A stretch of 64,000 nt of DNA from Syntrophomonadaceae bacterium (GCA_003556225.1 PWRN01000020.1:2436-66435); one strand, 5' to 3'; shown: positions 12,530 to 21,847, numbered from the stretch's first letter. The notes: generated by a model from the letters alone, not told the origin. Program-made: numbers and translations.

Positions 12530-12604
12530 ACCTGTGAAGCCTTAGAACGAAAGGGGGTGCAAAGCCGGTTGATCCAGCCAGGCTGGAAGCTGGTTTTTTA
12601 AACC

Positions 12605-12946
12605 ATGAGCTATCGCAAACTTGCCCGTAAAAAAGGTCCCAGGAGGGCGCTATTACGAAATATGGTGACTTCTTTTATTATTGCCGAACGCATTCAAACC
12701 ACGGAGGCCAAGGCGAAGGAAGTCCAACGAGTAGCCGAAAAAATGATTACTCTGGCCAAAAGGGGCAATCTTCACTCCCGCCGGCAGGCCCTATCCTACA
12801 TGCTTGATGAAAGCGCTGTCACCAAGCTGTTTGAGATCATCGGTCCTCGCTATGAAGATCGAAACGGCGGATATACACGCTTGATCAAGGCATCACACCG
12901 CCGGGGAGATGGTGCTCCCATGGTTGTTTTGGAACTGGTGAAGTAG
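12605..12946 (+). CDS. rplQ: 50S ribosomal protein L17
   Basis: [23 protein letters not shown]. Confidence 0.98.
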   Translation: MSYRKLARKKGPRRALLRNMVTSFIIAERIQTTEAKAKEVQRVAEKMITLAKRGNLHSRRQALSYMLDESAVTKLFEIIGPRYEDRNGGYTRLIKASHRRGDGAPMVVLELVK

Positions 12947-12997
12947 CAGAAAAAGCCGATAAACGGGCAAATTCTCCCGTTTATGTCGGTTTTTCTG
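12947..12997 (+). terminator. intrinsic terminator after rplQ
   Basis: CAGAAAAAGCCGATAAACGGG/CCCGTTTATGTCGGTTTTTCTG long hairpin. Confidence 0.8.
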
Positions 12998-13008
12998 GCA
13001 TTTTTAGG

Positions 13009-13857
13009 GTGGGATCATTTGTGCGCAGTGTACTGCTTGATTTAAAAGATGTGACCTTCGATTATATCCTGGAAAACAAGCAATCGTTACGAGCGGTGAA
13101 CGATCTGTCCTTGCAGGTTGAAGAAGGAGAATATATTGCCTTGATCGGACCGAACGGTTCGGGGAAATCTACACTGGCCCGGCTGCTGAATGCGCTGCTC
13201 ATTCCCCTCTTTGGAGAAATCCAGGTCGATGGTTTCGCTACCAGGGTGGAAGAGCATCGCTGGGAAATAAGACGCCGCGTGGGGATGGTTTTTCAAAACC
13301 CTGACAACCAGATCGTGGCCACGACTGTACAGGAAGATGTGGCATTCGGCTTGGAAAACCTGGGGGTTGAAACGTCGGAGATTCTCCAGCGGATCACGGA
13401 ATCCCTGAACCGGGTTGGATTGAGTGCTTATGCCGAACACGCTCCTCACTTGCTTTCTGGTGGTCAGAAGCAGCGATTGGCTATTGCCGGAGTGATTGCC
13501 ATGCGACCCCGCTGCCTGGTGCTGGATGAACCTACGGCGATGCTGGATCCCCGGGGGCGCAAAGAGGTCCTGGATACCATTCACTCCATGAACCGCCAGG
13601 AGAATATCACGGTTGTGCACATTACCCACTTCATGGAAGAGGCCTTGCAGGCGGACCGCGTCATTGTGATGCACCGTGGGGAAATTGCTGCCATGGGTAA
13701 ACCTGAAACGATTTTTAACGGCAGCATAGATTTGCATCTCCTGGGGCTGGAAGTTCCACCAATACCACGCTTGGCCGAGATGCTGCGGGCGGAAGGGCTA
13801 ACCATTCCCACAGGCATATTAGACACTGATGACCTGGTGAGCTACCTATGTTCATAG
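13009..13857 (+). CDS. ecfA1: ECF transporter ATPase A1
   Basis: GPNGSGKST, FQNPDNQ, LSGGQKQR; conserved position after rplQ. Confidence 0.93.
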   Translation: MGSFVRSVLLDLKDVTFDYILENKQSLRAVNDLSLQVEEGEYIALIGPNGSGKSTLARLLNALLIPLFGEIQVDGFATRVEEHRWEIRRRVGMVFQNPDNQIVATTVQEDVAFGLENLGVETSEILQRITESLNRVGLSAYAEHAPHLLSGGQKQRLAIAGVIAMRPRCLVLDEPTAMLDPRGRKEVLDTIHSMNRQENITVVHITHFMEEALQADRVIVMHRGEIAAMGKPETIFNGSIDLHLLGLEVPPIPRLAEMLRAEGLTIPTGILDTDDLVSYLCS

Positions 13858-14708
13858 AAGTGAAAAACCTTACTCATGTGTATATGCCGGGAACCCCATT
13901 CCAGGTTAACGCGTTAACCGATGTTAGCCTGGACATTGAGCGAGGAGAATTTATTGGTGTAATCGGAGAAACCGGTTCGGGGAAATCAACCCTGGTGCAG
14001 CATTTAAATGGGTTGCTTAAACCCACATCAGGAGAAATCTGGATTGAAGGCAACAATTTGTGGTCCAGCAAAACGGACCTGCGAAGGCTGCGTTCCCGCA
14101 TAGCCCTGCTTTTTCAGTACCCCGAGCACCAGCTCTTCGAAGAGACTGTCTTCAAAGATGTGGCTTTCGGTCCGCGCAACATGGGTGTAGAGGGCAGAGA
14201 GCTGGAGGAACGTGTTCGTTATGGACTGGAATGGGTGGAACTTGATTATCACACCTATAGTCAGCGCTCTCCCTTCAGTTTAAGTGGTGGAGAAAAGAGA
14301 AGAGTGGCCATGGCAGGCATCCTGTCCATGTATCCGGAGGCAATTATTTTAGACGAACCGACAGCAAGCATGGATCCGGTCAGTCGAAAGCACTTTTTGG
14401 CCCGGATCAAGAGACTCCACCAGGAAGGGAAGGTAACCGTTATTTTTGTCACGCACAACATGGAAGATATCGCCCTGCTTGCCGAGAGGCTGTTTGTTTT
14501 CGCCTCGGGGAGGCTTGTGCTGCAGGGCCAACCGGCGGAAATATTTCAGTCGAAAGAAACCCTGGAAGCGATCGGCCTGGGCATTCCTGTATTAACCGAC
14601 TTGATGCAAAAAATTTGCCGGAAGGGTAAGACGATTCGCACCGATATCTTTTCCGTAGAAGATGCTTGCCGTGAGATCATACGTTCGCGCAGGGAAGGGG
14701 TCGGGTAA
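13848..14708 (+). CDS. ecfA2: ECF transporter ATPase A2
   Basis: GETGSGKST, FQYPEHQLFEE, LSGGEKRR. Confidence 0.93.
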   Translation: MFIEVKNLTHVYMPGTPFQVNALTDVSLDIERGEFIGVIGETGSGKSTLVQHLNGLLKPTSGEIWIEGNNLWSSKTDLRRLRSRIALLFQYPEHQLFEETVFKDVAFGPRNMGVEGRELEERVRYGLEWVELDYHTYSQRSPFSLSGGEKRRVAMAGILSMYPEAIILDEPTASMDPVSRKHFLARIKRLHQEGKVTVIFVTHNMEDIALLAERLFVFASGRLVLQGQPAEIFQSKETLEAIGLGIPVLTDLMQKICRKGKTIRTDIFSVEDACREIIRSRREGVG

Positions 14709-14713
14709 AATCC

Positions 14714-15508
14714 ATGAGGAGTTTAACTCTCGGACATTACCTCCCGGGCAACTCGCTTTTGCACCGCATGGACCCCCGCGTCAAACTGGTGAGCCTGCTG
14801 GTTCTCATTATCGCGCTATTCGTGATTGAAACGTTTCTAGGTTTCATGCTGTTCGGTTCTTTTATATTCATGATTTTTCTATCCACCCGGCTTCCTTGGC
14901 GGTATTTTTTTCGCGGTCTGCGCCCTGTTTTTTTAATCGTCTTGATCACCCTGATTTTGCATTTTCTTTTTACAAAAGGGGGGCAGGTTTATGTCCGTTG
15001 GGGGCCGCTGACCGTGGAAGAGGCTGGGATCTACCTGGGCTCGTTTATGACCTTGAGGCTGGTGCTGCTGGTTACGACAACGGTTATGATCACCCTGACG
15101 ACCTCCCCCATTGCTTTTGCCGATGGAATTGAATATTTGCTCCGTCCTTTCCGTCGCATGGGTGTGCCGGGACATGAAATTGCCATGATGATGACTATTG
15201 CGCTGCGCTTTATTCCGACCTTGATGGAGGAGGGGGATAAAATTCGCAAAGCCCAGATGGCCCGGGGAGCAGATTTTGAAACGGGCAATATCTTTCGCCG
15301 TGCCAGAAACCTGGTTCCCTTGCTGGTGCCGTTATTTGTCAGCGCTTTTCGCAGGGCGGATGAACTGGCAGTAGCCATGGAAGCCCGCTGTTACCGTGGG
15401 GGACAAGGCCGTACCCGCTTGAGAGAACTTCAAGCACGCCCACTGGATTATTATGGACTTACAACCGTGACGGCAATCCTGGTGTTTATTATTTTGACAG
15501 GTGTGTAA
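14714..15508 (+). CDS. ecfT: ECF transporter transmembrane component T
   Basis: DPRVK, IALRFIPT, AQMARG and AMEARCY motifs. Confidence 0.93.
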   Translation: MRSLTLGHYLPGNSLLHRMDPRVKLVSLLVLIIALFVIETFLGFMLFGSFIFMIFLSTRLPWRYFFRGLRPVFLIVLITLILHFLFTKGGQVYVRWGPLTVEEAGIYLGSFMTLRLVLLVTTTVMITLTTSPIAFADGIEYLLRPFRRMGVPGHEIAMMMTIALRFIPTLMEEGDKIRKAQMARGADFETGNIFRRARNLVPLLVPLFVSAFRRADELAVAMEARCYRGGQGRTRLRELQARPLDYYGLTTVTAILVFIILTGV

Positions 15509-15512
15509 ACAA

Positions 15513-16280
15513 ATGCTTTGCTCTAAAGACAATGGCATGTTGGAATTGGTAAACTACCGGTTGACACTTTCCTACGAGGGTACAGCGTATAGCGGTTTTC
15601 AAATCCAGAAAAATGCTTTGACCATCCAGGAAGTACTGGAATCATGCCTGAAAAAACTCTTTAATCAACCCATCCGGGTAACCGCTGCCGGTAGAACGGA
15701 TGCCGGCGCCCATGCACGGGGTCAGGTCGTTCATTACTTTGCATCACCGCGTATCCCCGTTGAACGTCTACCCGATGCTTTAAACGGCTTGCTGCCCAAA
15801 GACATCGTCGTCACCGCTTCTTGCCTGGAAAAGAATTCGTTCGATGCACGGAAAAATGCCCTGGGGAAACGCTATCGCTATACCGTTGACAACGGAAAAT
15901 TTCCAGATGTCTTCTGGAGGCGCTATGCCTGGCATCTTCCCGTTAGCCTGGACCTGGAAGAAATGCGATCAGCAGCAGCTTCCCTGGTAGGAGAACACGA
16001 CTTTAAAGGTTTTCAGGCGACTGGTGGTTCTGTAGAGACCACGGTGCGGCGCTTAGATGAAGTATCAATCAAGCGAGAGGGCCAGCTTATCCATTTTTAC
16101 CTGGAAGGAAGCGGTTTTCTTTATAAAATGGTCCGCAATATCGTGGGCACCCTGGTGGATGTCGGGCGGGCCTGCAAGGGGCCCGGGGAAGTACCAGACA
16201 TTATCGAAAGCAGGAACCGGAAAAAGGCTGGTGTAACGGCTCCTGCCTGGGGGCTTTGCCTGGAAGAAGTTTTTTATTGA
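15513..16280 (+). CDS. truA: tRNA pseudouridine(38-40) synthase
   Basis: AGRTDAGAHA, GFLYKMVR; start approximate. Confidence 0.95.
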   Translation: MLCSKDNGMLELVNYRLTLSYEGTAYSGFQIQKNALTIQEVLESCLKKLFNQPIRVTAAGRTDAGAHARGQVVHYFASPRIPVERLPDALNGLLPKDIVVTASCLEKNSFDARKNALGKRYRYTVDNGKFPDVFWRRYAWHLPVSLDLEEMRSAAASLVGEHDFKGFQATGGSVETTVRRLDEVSIKREGQLIHFYLEGSGFLYKMVRNIVGTLVDVGRACKGPGEVPDIIESRNRKKAGVTAPAWGLCLEEVFY

Positions 16281-16297
16281 TCGAAGAAGGGGTCTTC

Positions 16298-16326
16298 TTG
16301 ACGTTGTTCCCCGAATGGTTTAAAAT
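16298..16326 (+). promoter_or_regulatory. sigma-A-type promoter of rplM-rpsI
   Basis: TTGACG-N17-TAAAAT. Confidence 0.65.
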
Positions 16327-16469
16327 ATTCCCTGTGACATCCAAAACGGACAATGCCCCTGGAGATGCAGGGATATGAAGGTCTAATGATTCAAGTCAGA
16401 AAGGAGGTGTGCAGAGTCTGCAATGATGACCCGGGAGATCATGCCCGGGAGCTAGCAGGCCTAATGACG

Positions 16470-16931
16470 ATGCGCACGACATACATGGCGAAAGAAAAAG
16501 ACATTGAACGTAAATGGTACGTGATTGACGCGGCGGGGCAACCGCTGGGAAGGCTGGCCAGCGAAATTGCTCGCCTGCTGCGAGGTAAGCATAAAACAAC
16601 ATACACGCCCCACGTAGACACCGGAGATTACATTGTGGTTGTGAACGCGGATAAAGTGATGCTGACCGGGAAGAAAGCACGACAAAAGATGTATTACCGC
16701 CATTCTGGTTATCCCGGCGGGATCAAGGGTATTCCTTTTGAAGAAATGATGGCAAGGTACCCGGAACGCGTGATTCATCTGGCAGTCCGCCGGATGCTTC
16801 CTTCCAACCGACTCGGTAGGGCCATGCTGAAAAAAATCAAAATCTACACAGGCCCGGAACACCCTCATCAGGCTCAAAAACCTGAAGCCCGGGTATTTAA
16901 CCCTAAAAGAGTTGCCGGGAAAACCGAATAG
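16470..16931 (+). CDS. rplM: 50S ribosomal protein L13
   Basis: [28 protein letters not shown]. Confidence 0.97.
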   Translation: MRTTYMAKEKDIERKWYVIDAAGQPLGRLASEIARLLRGKHKTTYTPHVDTGDYIVVVNADKVMLTGKKARQKMYYRHSGYPGGIKGIPFEEMMARYPERVIHLAVRRMLPSNRLGRAMLKKIKIYTGPEHPHQAQKPEARVFNPKRVAGKTE

Positions 16932-16982
16932 GAGCAGCAAACTAAGGAAATGCAAGAGAAATATAGGAAAGGAGGAAACAGT

Positions 16983-17375
16983 TTGGCTCAGGTACAATTT
17001 TTTGGCACGGGAAGACGAAAAAAATCCATTGCCCGGGTCCGCTTGATCCCCGGAGAAGGTAAAATTACCATTAACAACAAGGATATAGACGATTATTTTG
17101 GACTGGAAACCCTGAAGGTCGACTTGCGACGGCCCCTGGAACTCACCGGCACGAGGGGCAAATTTGATGTGATCGCCAAGGTTGAAGGCGGTGGTGTCAG
17201 CGGCCAGGTCGGCGCCATTCGGCATGGTATTGCGCGGGCACTGCAGTTGGCGGAAGGCGAATATCGGCCGGTTCTGAAAAAAGAAGGGCTGCTGACCCGG
17301 GATTCGCGCATGACAGAGCGGAAAAAGTACGGTCTGAAAAAAGCGCGACGTGCACCCCAATTCTCCAAGAGGTAA
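16983..17375 (+). CDS. rpsI: 30S ribosomal protein S9
   Basis: [25 protein letters not shown]. Confidence 0.98.
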   Translation: MAQVQFFGTGRRKKSIARVRLIPGEGKITINNKDIDDYFGLETLKVDLRRPLELTGTRGKFDVIAKVEGGGVSGQVGAIRHGIARALQLAEGEYRPVLKKEGLLTRDSRMTERKKYGLKKARRAPQFSKR

Positions 17376-17470
17376 TCTTTACCCGCGGTCGTTGACATAC
17401 ACATTGTGGATGCATCATTGCAGAGTAGCGGTTAACAAGTCCGGCCTGTAGATAGAGGTGATTGCGATTG

Positions 17471-17502
17471 AAGCTGGCAGGATAGACTGGTCAGCTTTTT
17501 TT
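17471..17502 (+). terminator. probable terminator after rpsI
   Basis: AAGCTGGCAG..CTGGTCAGCTT followed by T tract. Confidence 0.6.
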
Positions 17503-17585
17503 GCATGTACCTGGAAACGGAGTCGGAGCCAAGGAATTTGCTCAAGAATGCGGTTATCAAGGGGGATTTCGCCAAATCTTAGTAG

Positions 17586-17614
17586 TTGTCAAACCCGAAG
17601 AATTCTATTATAAT
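17586..17614 (+). promoter_or_regulatory. sigma-A-type promoter of the GGGP synthase-like gene
   Basis: TTGTCA-N17-TATAAT. Confidence 0.6.
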
Positions 17615-17630
17615 AAATGAAAAAGGAATT

Positions 17631-18386
17631 ATGAACCCGGAGATGGATAAAATGAGCGTGGCGCAGTACTTAAAGGATAAGCTGAAGCTGGGAACCGTCC
17701 ATATTACCCTGGTGGATCCCTTAAAGCAATCCGCAGAAGCTGCAGGTCGCCTGGCCCAAACAGCACAGGAGGTTGGCAGCGATCTCATTCTGGTTGCGGG
17801 ATTGTCTGGACTCTCACAGACGAACCTCCTGGAGACGGCCCGGCTGATCAAGGAAAAATCCACCATCCCGGTTGTTTATACACCATCTGGCGCTGAGGCG
17901 CTCTGCTTCTCTTTTGACGCCGTGTTTTTCCCCTGCTTTCTTAATTGCAATAACGCCCGCTTTGTCTGCGGCGGCCAATCCCAAGCGTCGGTTATTCTCA
18001 AACGCATGGAAATTGAAACCATTTCCGTCGGTTACCTGATGATTGAACCGGGTATGAAAATCGGTGACGCGAAAGATGTGAATCTGATCACGCGAGATAA
18101 CTACTGGCAAGCTTCCAGTTTTGCCGTAGCTGCTGAGCTTTTCGGGATGCAGTATGTTTATCTGGAAGCGGGTACAAGCGCCGCGCAACCGATCCCGGCC
18201 GGGATGATTCGCGCGATCAAAAAAGAGTTATCCGTGCCCATGATCGTGGGCGGTGGCATCCGCACCGCGGTTGATGCGCGACGGGTGCGGCAGGCTGGAG
18301 CCGACATGGTGGTTACGGGAACCATCATTGAAAATGCAGGTTACCGGGAGCGCCTGCGCTCTATCTTGAGCGCGTTGAAAGACTAA
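17631..18386 (+). CDS. geranylgeranylglyceryl phosphate synthase family protein (group II, archaeal-like, divergent)
   Basis: HITLVDP, GYLMIEPG, YLEAG, IVGGGIR, GADMVVTGT motifs of the GGGPS TIM barrel; start 17631 or 17652. Confidence 0.88.
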   Translation: MNPEMDKMSVAQYLKDKLKLGTVHITLVDPLKQSAEAAGRLAQTAQEVGSDLILVAGLSGLSQTNLLETARLIKEKSTIPVVYTPSGAEALCFSFDAVFFPCFLNCNNARFVCGGQSQASVILKRMEIETISVGYLMIEPGMKIGDAKDVNLITRDNYWQASSFAVAAELFGMQYVYLEAGTSAAQPIPAGMIRAIKKELSVPMIVGGGIRTAVDARRVRQAGADMVVTGTIIENAGYRERLRSILSALKD

Positions 18387-18534
18387 AGATGCTGGCCAGC
18401 ACACGGCATTAATGGACTTACCCGATAGACCGCTTAAGCCCCGGCCCGCCAGGAGGTGCCGGGATATCATTTTAGCCGCACGGGTCTTAATCAAACGGAT
18501 CATCATTCCTGCAGAGAAAGGAGACCGGCTATTG

Positions 18535-19047
18535 ATGAAGAAATGGATTCTGCTCGCCATAGCCCTTTGTTTCATGACCCTGGTAACCGGTTGTGCTGTG
18601 GTTGAAGAACAAGAAGTTGTGGCAGAAATGCGACCCGACCTCTATTGGCAAAAAATCTGGATCGTGGAAGAGCGACAGATCAATATCGAAGTTGAGGGAG
18701 AAGACCCGGAAACGTTGGTGAAAATGGATGTATACGGACGGGTTCGCTATGAAGGGGAAGACCCTGTAAACAGGGTTCGCTTGATTATCAGGAGTCCATT
18801 AACCTTTGATTTCATCGAAGATCATCGTGCCATGAATTATGGGACTGTCTACCCGGGCGACGTGTTGGAATACAACTTGATCCAAAACTATCCCGAGTGG
18901 CAGGAAAGGGTGCCCATCGGGGTCTATAAATATCACATTATTGACGATTTCCGAGACAACGCGTATATCAATATCGCCTGGGAGCAGGACGATGAAAGTC
19001 ACAGTCAGCAGTTTTTCGACTGGAAACCAAAGAGATACGATAAGTAG
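18535..19047 (+). CDS. hypothetical lipoprotein
   Basis: MKKWILLAIALCFMTLVTGC lipobox; SD AAGGAG. Confidence 0.75.
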   Translation: MKKWILLAIALCFMTLVTGCAVVEEQEVVAEMRPDLYWQKIWIVEERQINIEVEGEDPETLVKMDVYGRVRYEGEDPVNRVRLIIRSPLTFDFIEDHRAMNYGTVYPGDVLEYNLIQNYPEWQERVPIGVYKYHIIDDFRDNAYINIAWEQDDESHSQQFFDWKPKRYDK

Positions 19048-19139
19048 AAGCGTGAGCAAAGAGTAAAGAAGGAAAGAAAAACGAATCTTGGAGGCGACGC
19101 CGTGCATGTGCGGCTGTTACCGTCAGATACTTGGTCACG

Positions 19140-19179
19140 AGGCGGGCTGCTTTCTAAACGGAAAAAGCGCCCGCTTTTT
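19140..19179. terminator. hairpin between convergent genes
   Basis: GGCGGGC..GCCCGCTTTTT. Confidence 0.5.
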
Positions 19180-19209
19180 GCGAGGTTTTTTCCGGTTCAG
19201 CCAGGCTAA

Positions 19210-19737
19210 CTAGAGGTAAATGATCATGCCAGCCACGGCGCCCAGGCCGATGAGTAAAAGCGGGTGTATGTTGGTCAGAAAAATCGCTGCGAATCCAGCC
19301 AGGGCGATCAGCACGCTGAATAGATCGATAAATGCGCTTTGCGCGATCACAAATGCGGCCAACCCAATCAACGCGATCACGGCAGGCTGAATACCCTCCA
19401 GGCTTCGTTGGAAATGTAAATTCGTGTAGAAATGCAAAAATAACTTTGCCGCAGGAATGATTAAGAGCAGAGATGGGAAAATGACACCCAGGGTGGCGAC
19501 CGCAGCCCCGGTGAAGCCGGCTACCTGGTAGCCCACAAAAGTGGCGGCATTCACGGCAATGACTCCCGGGGTCATTTCAGCCACGGCGATGATGTTCACG
19601 AATTCAACAGGTTTTAACCACCCATGGATCCGGACGATTTCGTGTTCCATCAGGGCAATCATGGCGTAACCACCGCCGAACCCGAAAAGGCCGATCTTAA
19701 AAAAAGATACATAGAGTTGAACCAGCAGCCAGAACAT
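19210..19737 (-). CDS. short-chain chromate transporter (CHR family)
   Basis: FFKIGLFGFGGGYAM, AEMTPG. Confidence 0.9.
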   Translation of the reverse strand: MFWLLVQLYVSFFKIGLFGFGGGYAMIALMEHEIVRIHGWLKPVEFVNIIAVAEMTPGVIAVNAATFVGYQVAGFTGAAVATLGVIFPSLLLIIPAAKLFLHFYTNLHFQRSLEGIQPAVIALIGLAAFVIAQSAFIDLFSVLIALAGFAAIFLTNIHPLLLIGLGAVAGMIIYL

Positions 19738-19759
19738 TTGTGGGCTACTCCTCCCTGGC

Positions 19760-20341
19760 TCACAAATTAAAACGGGGTCGGATGAAACCGGTTACCCCTC
19801 CGGCGATGATCACCAGGATGGGGTGCACACCGTAGAACAGCAGCACGGCTAGAAAAATGCCAAAGATCAGCAGCAGATCCAACCGGGTGAAGACTCGCCT
19901 GCCGAGCTTGATAGCAGCGGCCGCGATGAGCGCGACAATGATCGGTTTAATGCCTTGAAAGGCGGCCTGCACAACCGGGAGATGCTGGTATTCCCACAAG
20001 ACGGCGGCTACAAGCAGGATAATGAGAAAAGAAGGTAGAATTGTGCCCAGCAGGCCCAGCAAGGCTCCCCGCATCCCCATCAAGCGGTAACCGGTCATCA
20101 GGGAAAAATTAACAGAGATGGGGCCCGGGATAGACTGGGCAACAGCGAGGTTATCAACGAAGGTTTTTTCGTCGATCCATTTTTTCCTCTCAATAATTTC
20201 TGTTTTAATCAAGGGGATCATGGCGTAACCTCCCCCGATGGTGAAGGCGCCAATTTTAAAAAATAGCAAAAAAAAGGGCCAGGCGTGCGGTTGATGGAAA
20301 AGCTGGCTTTGTTTTTCAGGCGGCGGGCTTGGTGGGTTCAA
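19760..20341 (-). CDS. short-chain chromate transporter (CHR family)
   Basis: FFKIGAFTIGGGYAM, AQSIPGP; TTG start after GGAGG. Confidence 0.9.
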   Translation of the reverse strand: MNPPSPPPEKQSQLFHQPHAWPFFLLFFKIGAFTIGGGYAMIPLIKTEIIERKKWIDEKTFVDNLAVAQSIPGPISVNFSLMTGYRLMGMRGALLGLLGTILPSFLIILLVAAVLWEYQHLPVVQAAFQGIKPIIVALIAAAAIKLGRRVFTRLDLLLIFGIFLAVLLFYGVHPILVIIAGGVTGFIRPRFNL

Positions 20342-20562
20342 CGCTTTTTCTCCTCCGTTGAGCTGCTGCTTTATTTTATCACTGCCCCTTTTGATTTGCA
20401 AACAGCCCAGTTTTGCGAAACCCTAGCAGGGAAGATGCTGCGGCATCTCGAAATACTTGCCATGGTGCTCCCCGTGAAGCTGCAGACCTCCGTGAATCGG
20501 TAAGTTGTTCCGCGACAGTTAAGACTAAAGAGAAATTTTGTTTATCTTGAGTAAACCGCTAG

Positions 20563-20670
20563 CCATAGGGGACGGTTCCCTCGTCTGTTACAGGGAGACA
20601 CCTCTAAAAACCAGAAGAATGTCCCCGAAGCCTCCGCTTCGCTTCGGTAACGATGAAACCGTCCCCATGG
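20563..20670. repeat. REP-like extragenic palindromic element
   Basis: CCATAGGGGACGGTTCC ... GAAACCGTCCCCATGG inverted repeat with inner CCGAAGC/GCTTCGG hairpin. Confidence 0.55.
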
Positions 20671-20724
20671 TTCCGCTATTTGCAACGTTTCGCTGTAGGG
20701 TTAAAGGAAGGAGATTACGCAATC

Positions 20725-21666
20725 GTGTCCTCGTATCAAACCCGTGCTGGCGACCGCTTTTGGGAGGGTTTTTGGCAGCTCGCAGACCCCAAGATCTGGA
20801 TCGCTTCCACTGTACCCATGGCCCTGGCCGCTGCCCTTGCTTACGGCCTGGAAGGGAAGTTCAATTTCTTTTGGTTCGCGCTGACCCTGTTGGGGATCTA
20901 CCTCATTGAAATCGGGAAAAATGCCATTAATGAATATGTTGACTACCAGTCGGGTGTCGACCGGTTTGTGACCCCTGACAAGCGAACTCCCTTCAGCGGG
21001 GGTAAAAAGGCCATTGTTCAGGGTAAACTAAACCTGCAGCAGACGGCCTGGATTGCGCTCGTAACCATGCTGGGCGGTTGCCTGGTTGGCCTGGTCATTG
21101 TCCTCTTTCGGGAGCCCGGGGTGTTTTGGATCGGGCTGGCAGGTGCAGCCATGGCCACCTTTTACAGCTTGCCCCCTTTTAAATTTTCTTACCGGGGCCT
21201 GGGAGAATTAGCCGTGGGTATCACATTTGGACCCTTGATCGTTTCCGGCACATACCTGGTGCAGACAGGCGCGATAAATCTCCCGGTGATCCTGGCCTCT
21301 TTTCCCCTGGGATTCTTGATCGCCAATGTGCTGTGGATAAACCAGTATCCCGACGTGGAAGCCGATGCCATGGGGGAAAAATTAAACCTGGTGGTGCGCC
21401 TGGGTAAGAGAAAAAGTGTTCAGGTCTACAAAGGGCTTTTTGCGGCCGCGTATCTCTCGGTGTTGGTTCTTATTTTTGTCACCGGCAATATCCTTTGGGC
21501 GCTGGCTTTTCTCAGCATCCCCTTAGCCGTTCGTGGAATGCGCGTGGCTTCCCGGCATTACGACCATGTCCCCCGCCTGGTGGAGGCAAACCTTAAAACC
21601 ATCCAGGTGTACCAGGTTACCGGAGTTGGCATGGTCTTGGCGGCTTTGCTTCCCCGGTTATGTTGA
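20725..21666 (+). CDS. UbiA-superfamily prenyltransferase, MenA-like
   Basis: NEYVDYQSGVD and NQYPDVEAD..GEKLNLVVRLG Asp-rich motifs; YRGLGE; multi-TM; GTG start after AAGGAG (ORF is open from 20653). Confidence 0.85.
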   Translation: MSSYQTRAGDRFWEGFWQLADPKIWIASTVPMALAAALAYGLEGKFNFFWFALTLLGIYLIEIGKNAINEYVDYQSGVDRFVTPDKRTPFSGGKKAIVQGKLNLQQTAWIALVTMLGGCLVGLVIVLFREPGVFWIGLAGAAMATFYSLPPFKFSYRGLGELAVGITFGPLIVSGTYLVQTGAINLPVILASFPLGFLIANVLWINQYPDVEADAMGEKLNLVVRLGKRKSVQVYKGLFAAAYLSVLVLIFVTGNILWALAFLSIPLAVRGMRVASRHYDHVPRLVEANLKTIQVYQVTGVGMVLAALLPRLC

Positions 21667-21847
21667 TCCAAATTTTTGTTCTGCTGGCGTAAATGATGTT
21701 GAGAGGGAGATAATAGCTAGAAAACAGAGCCTGATCGTTTTTGATAGAGCTTTTCAGGGTTCGACTTTATGCAGGGATTCATGTAAATTATTTTCAATAC
21801 GCAGTCGGCTGCGAGTTTTGGTGACCGAGAGGAGTTGTGCCGTGTTC

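Noticed and set aside
17392-17502. Possible sRNA or lysine-riboswitch start (TTGACA; GATAGAGGTG) after rpsI
   Set aside because: No well-spaced -10, and far too short for a lysine riboswitch; best read as the rpsI 3' UTR and terminator.
21533-21847. Long N-terminal extensions in the ORF track (also 18412, 36756, 47618, 47758, 57164)
   Set aside because: Downstream starts have SD sequences and match family N-termini; the extensions overlap other genes or promoters.
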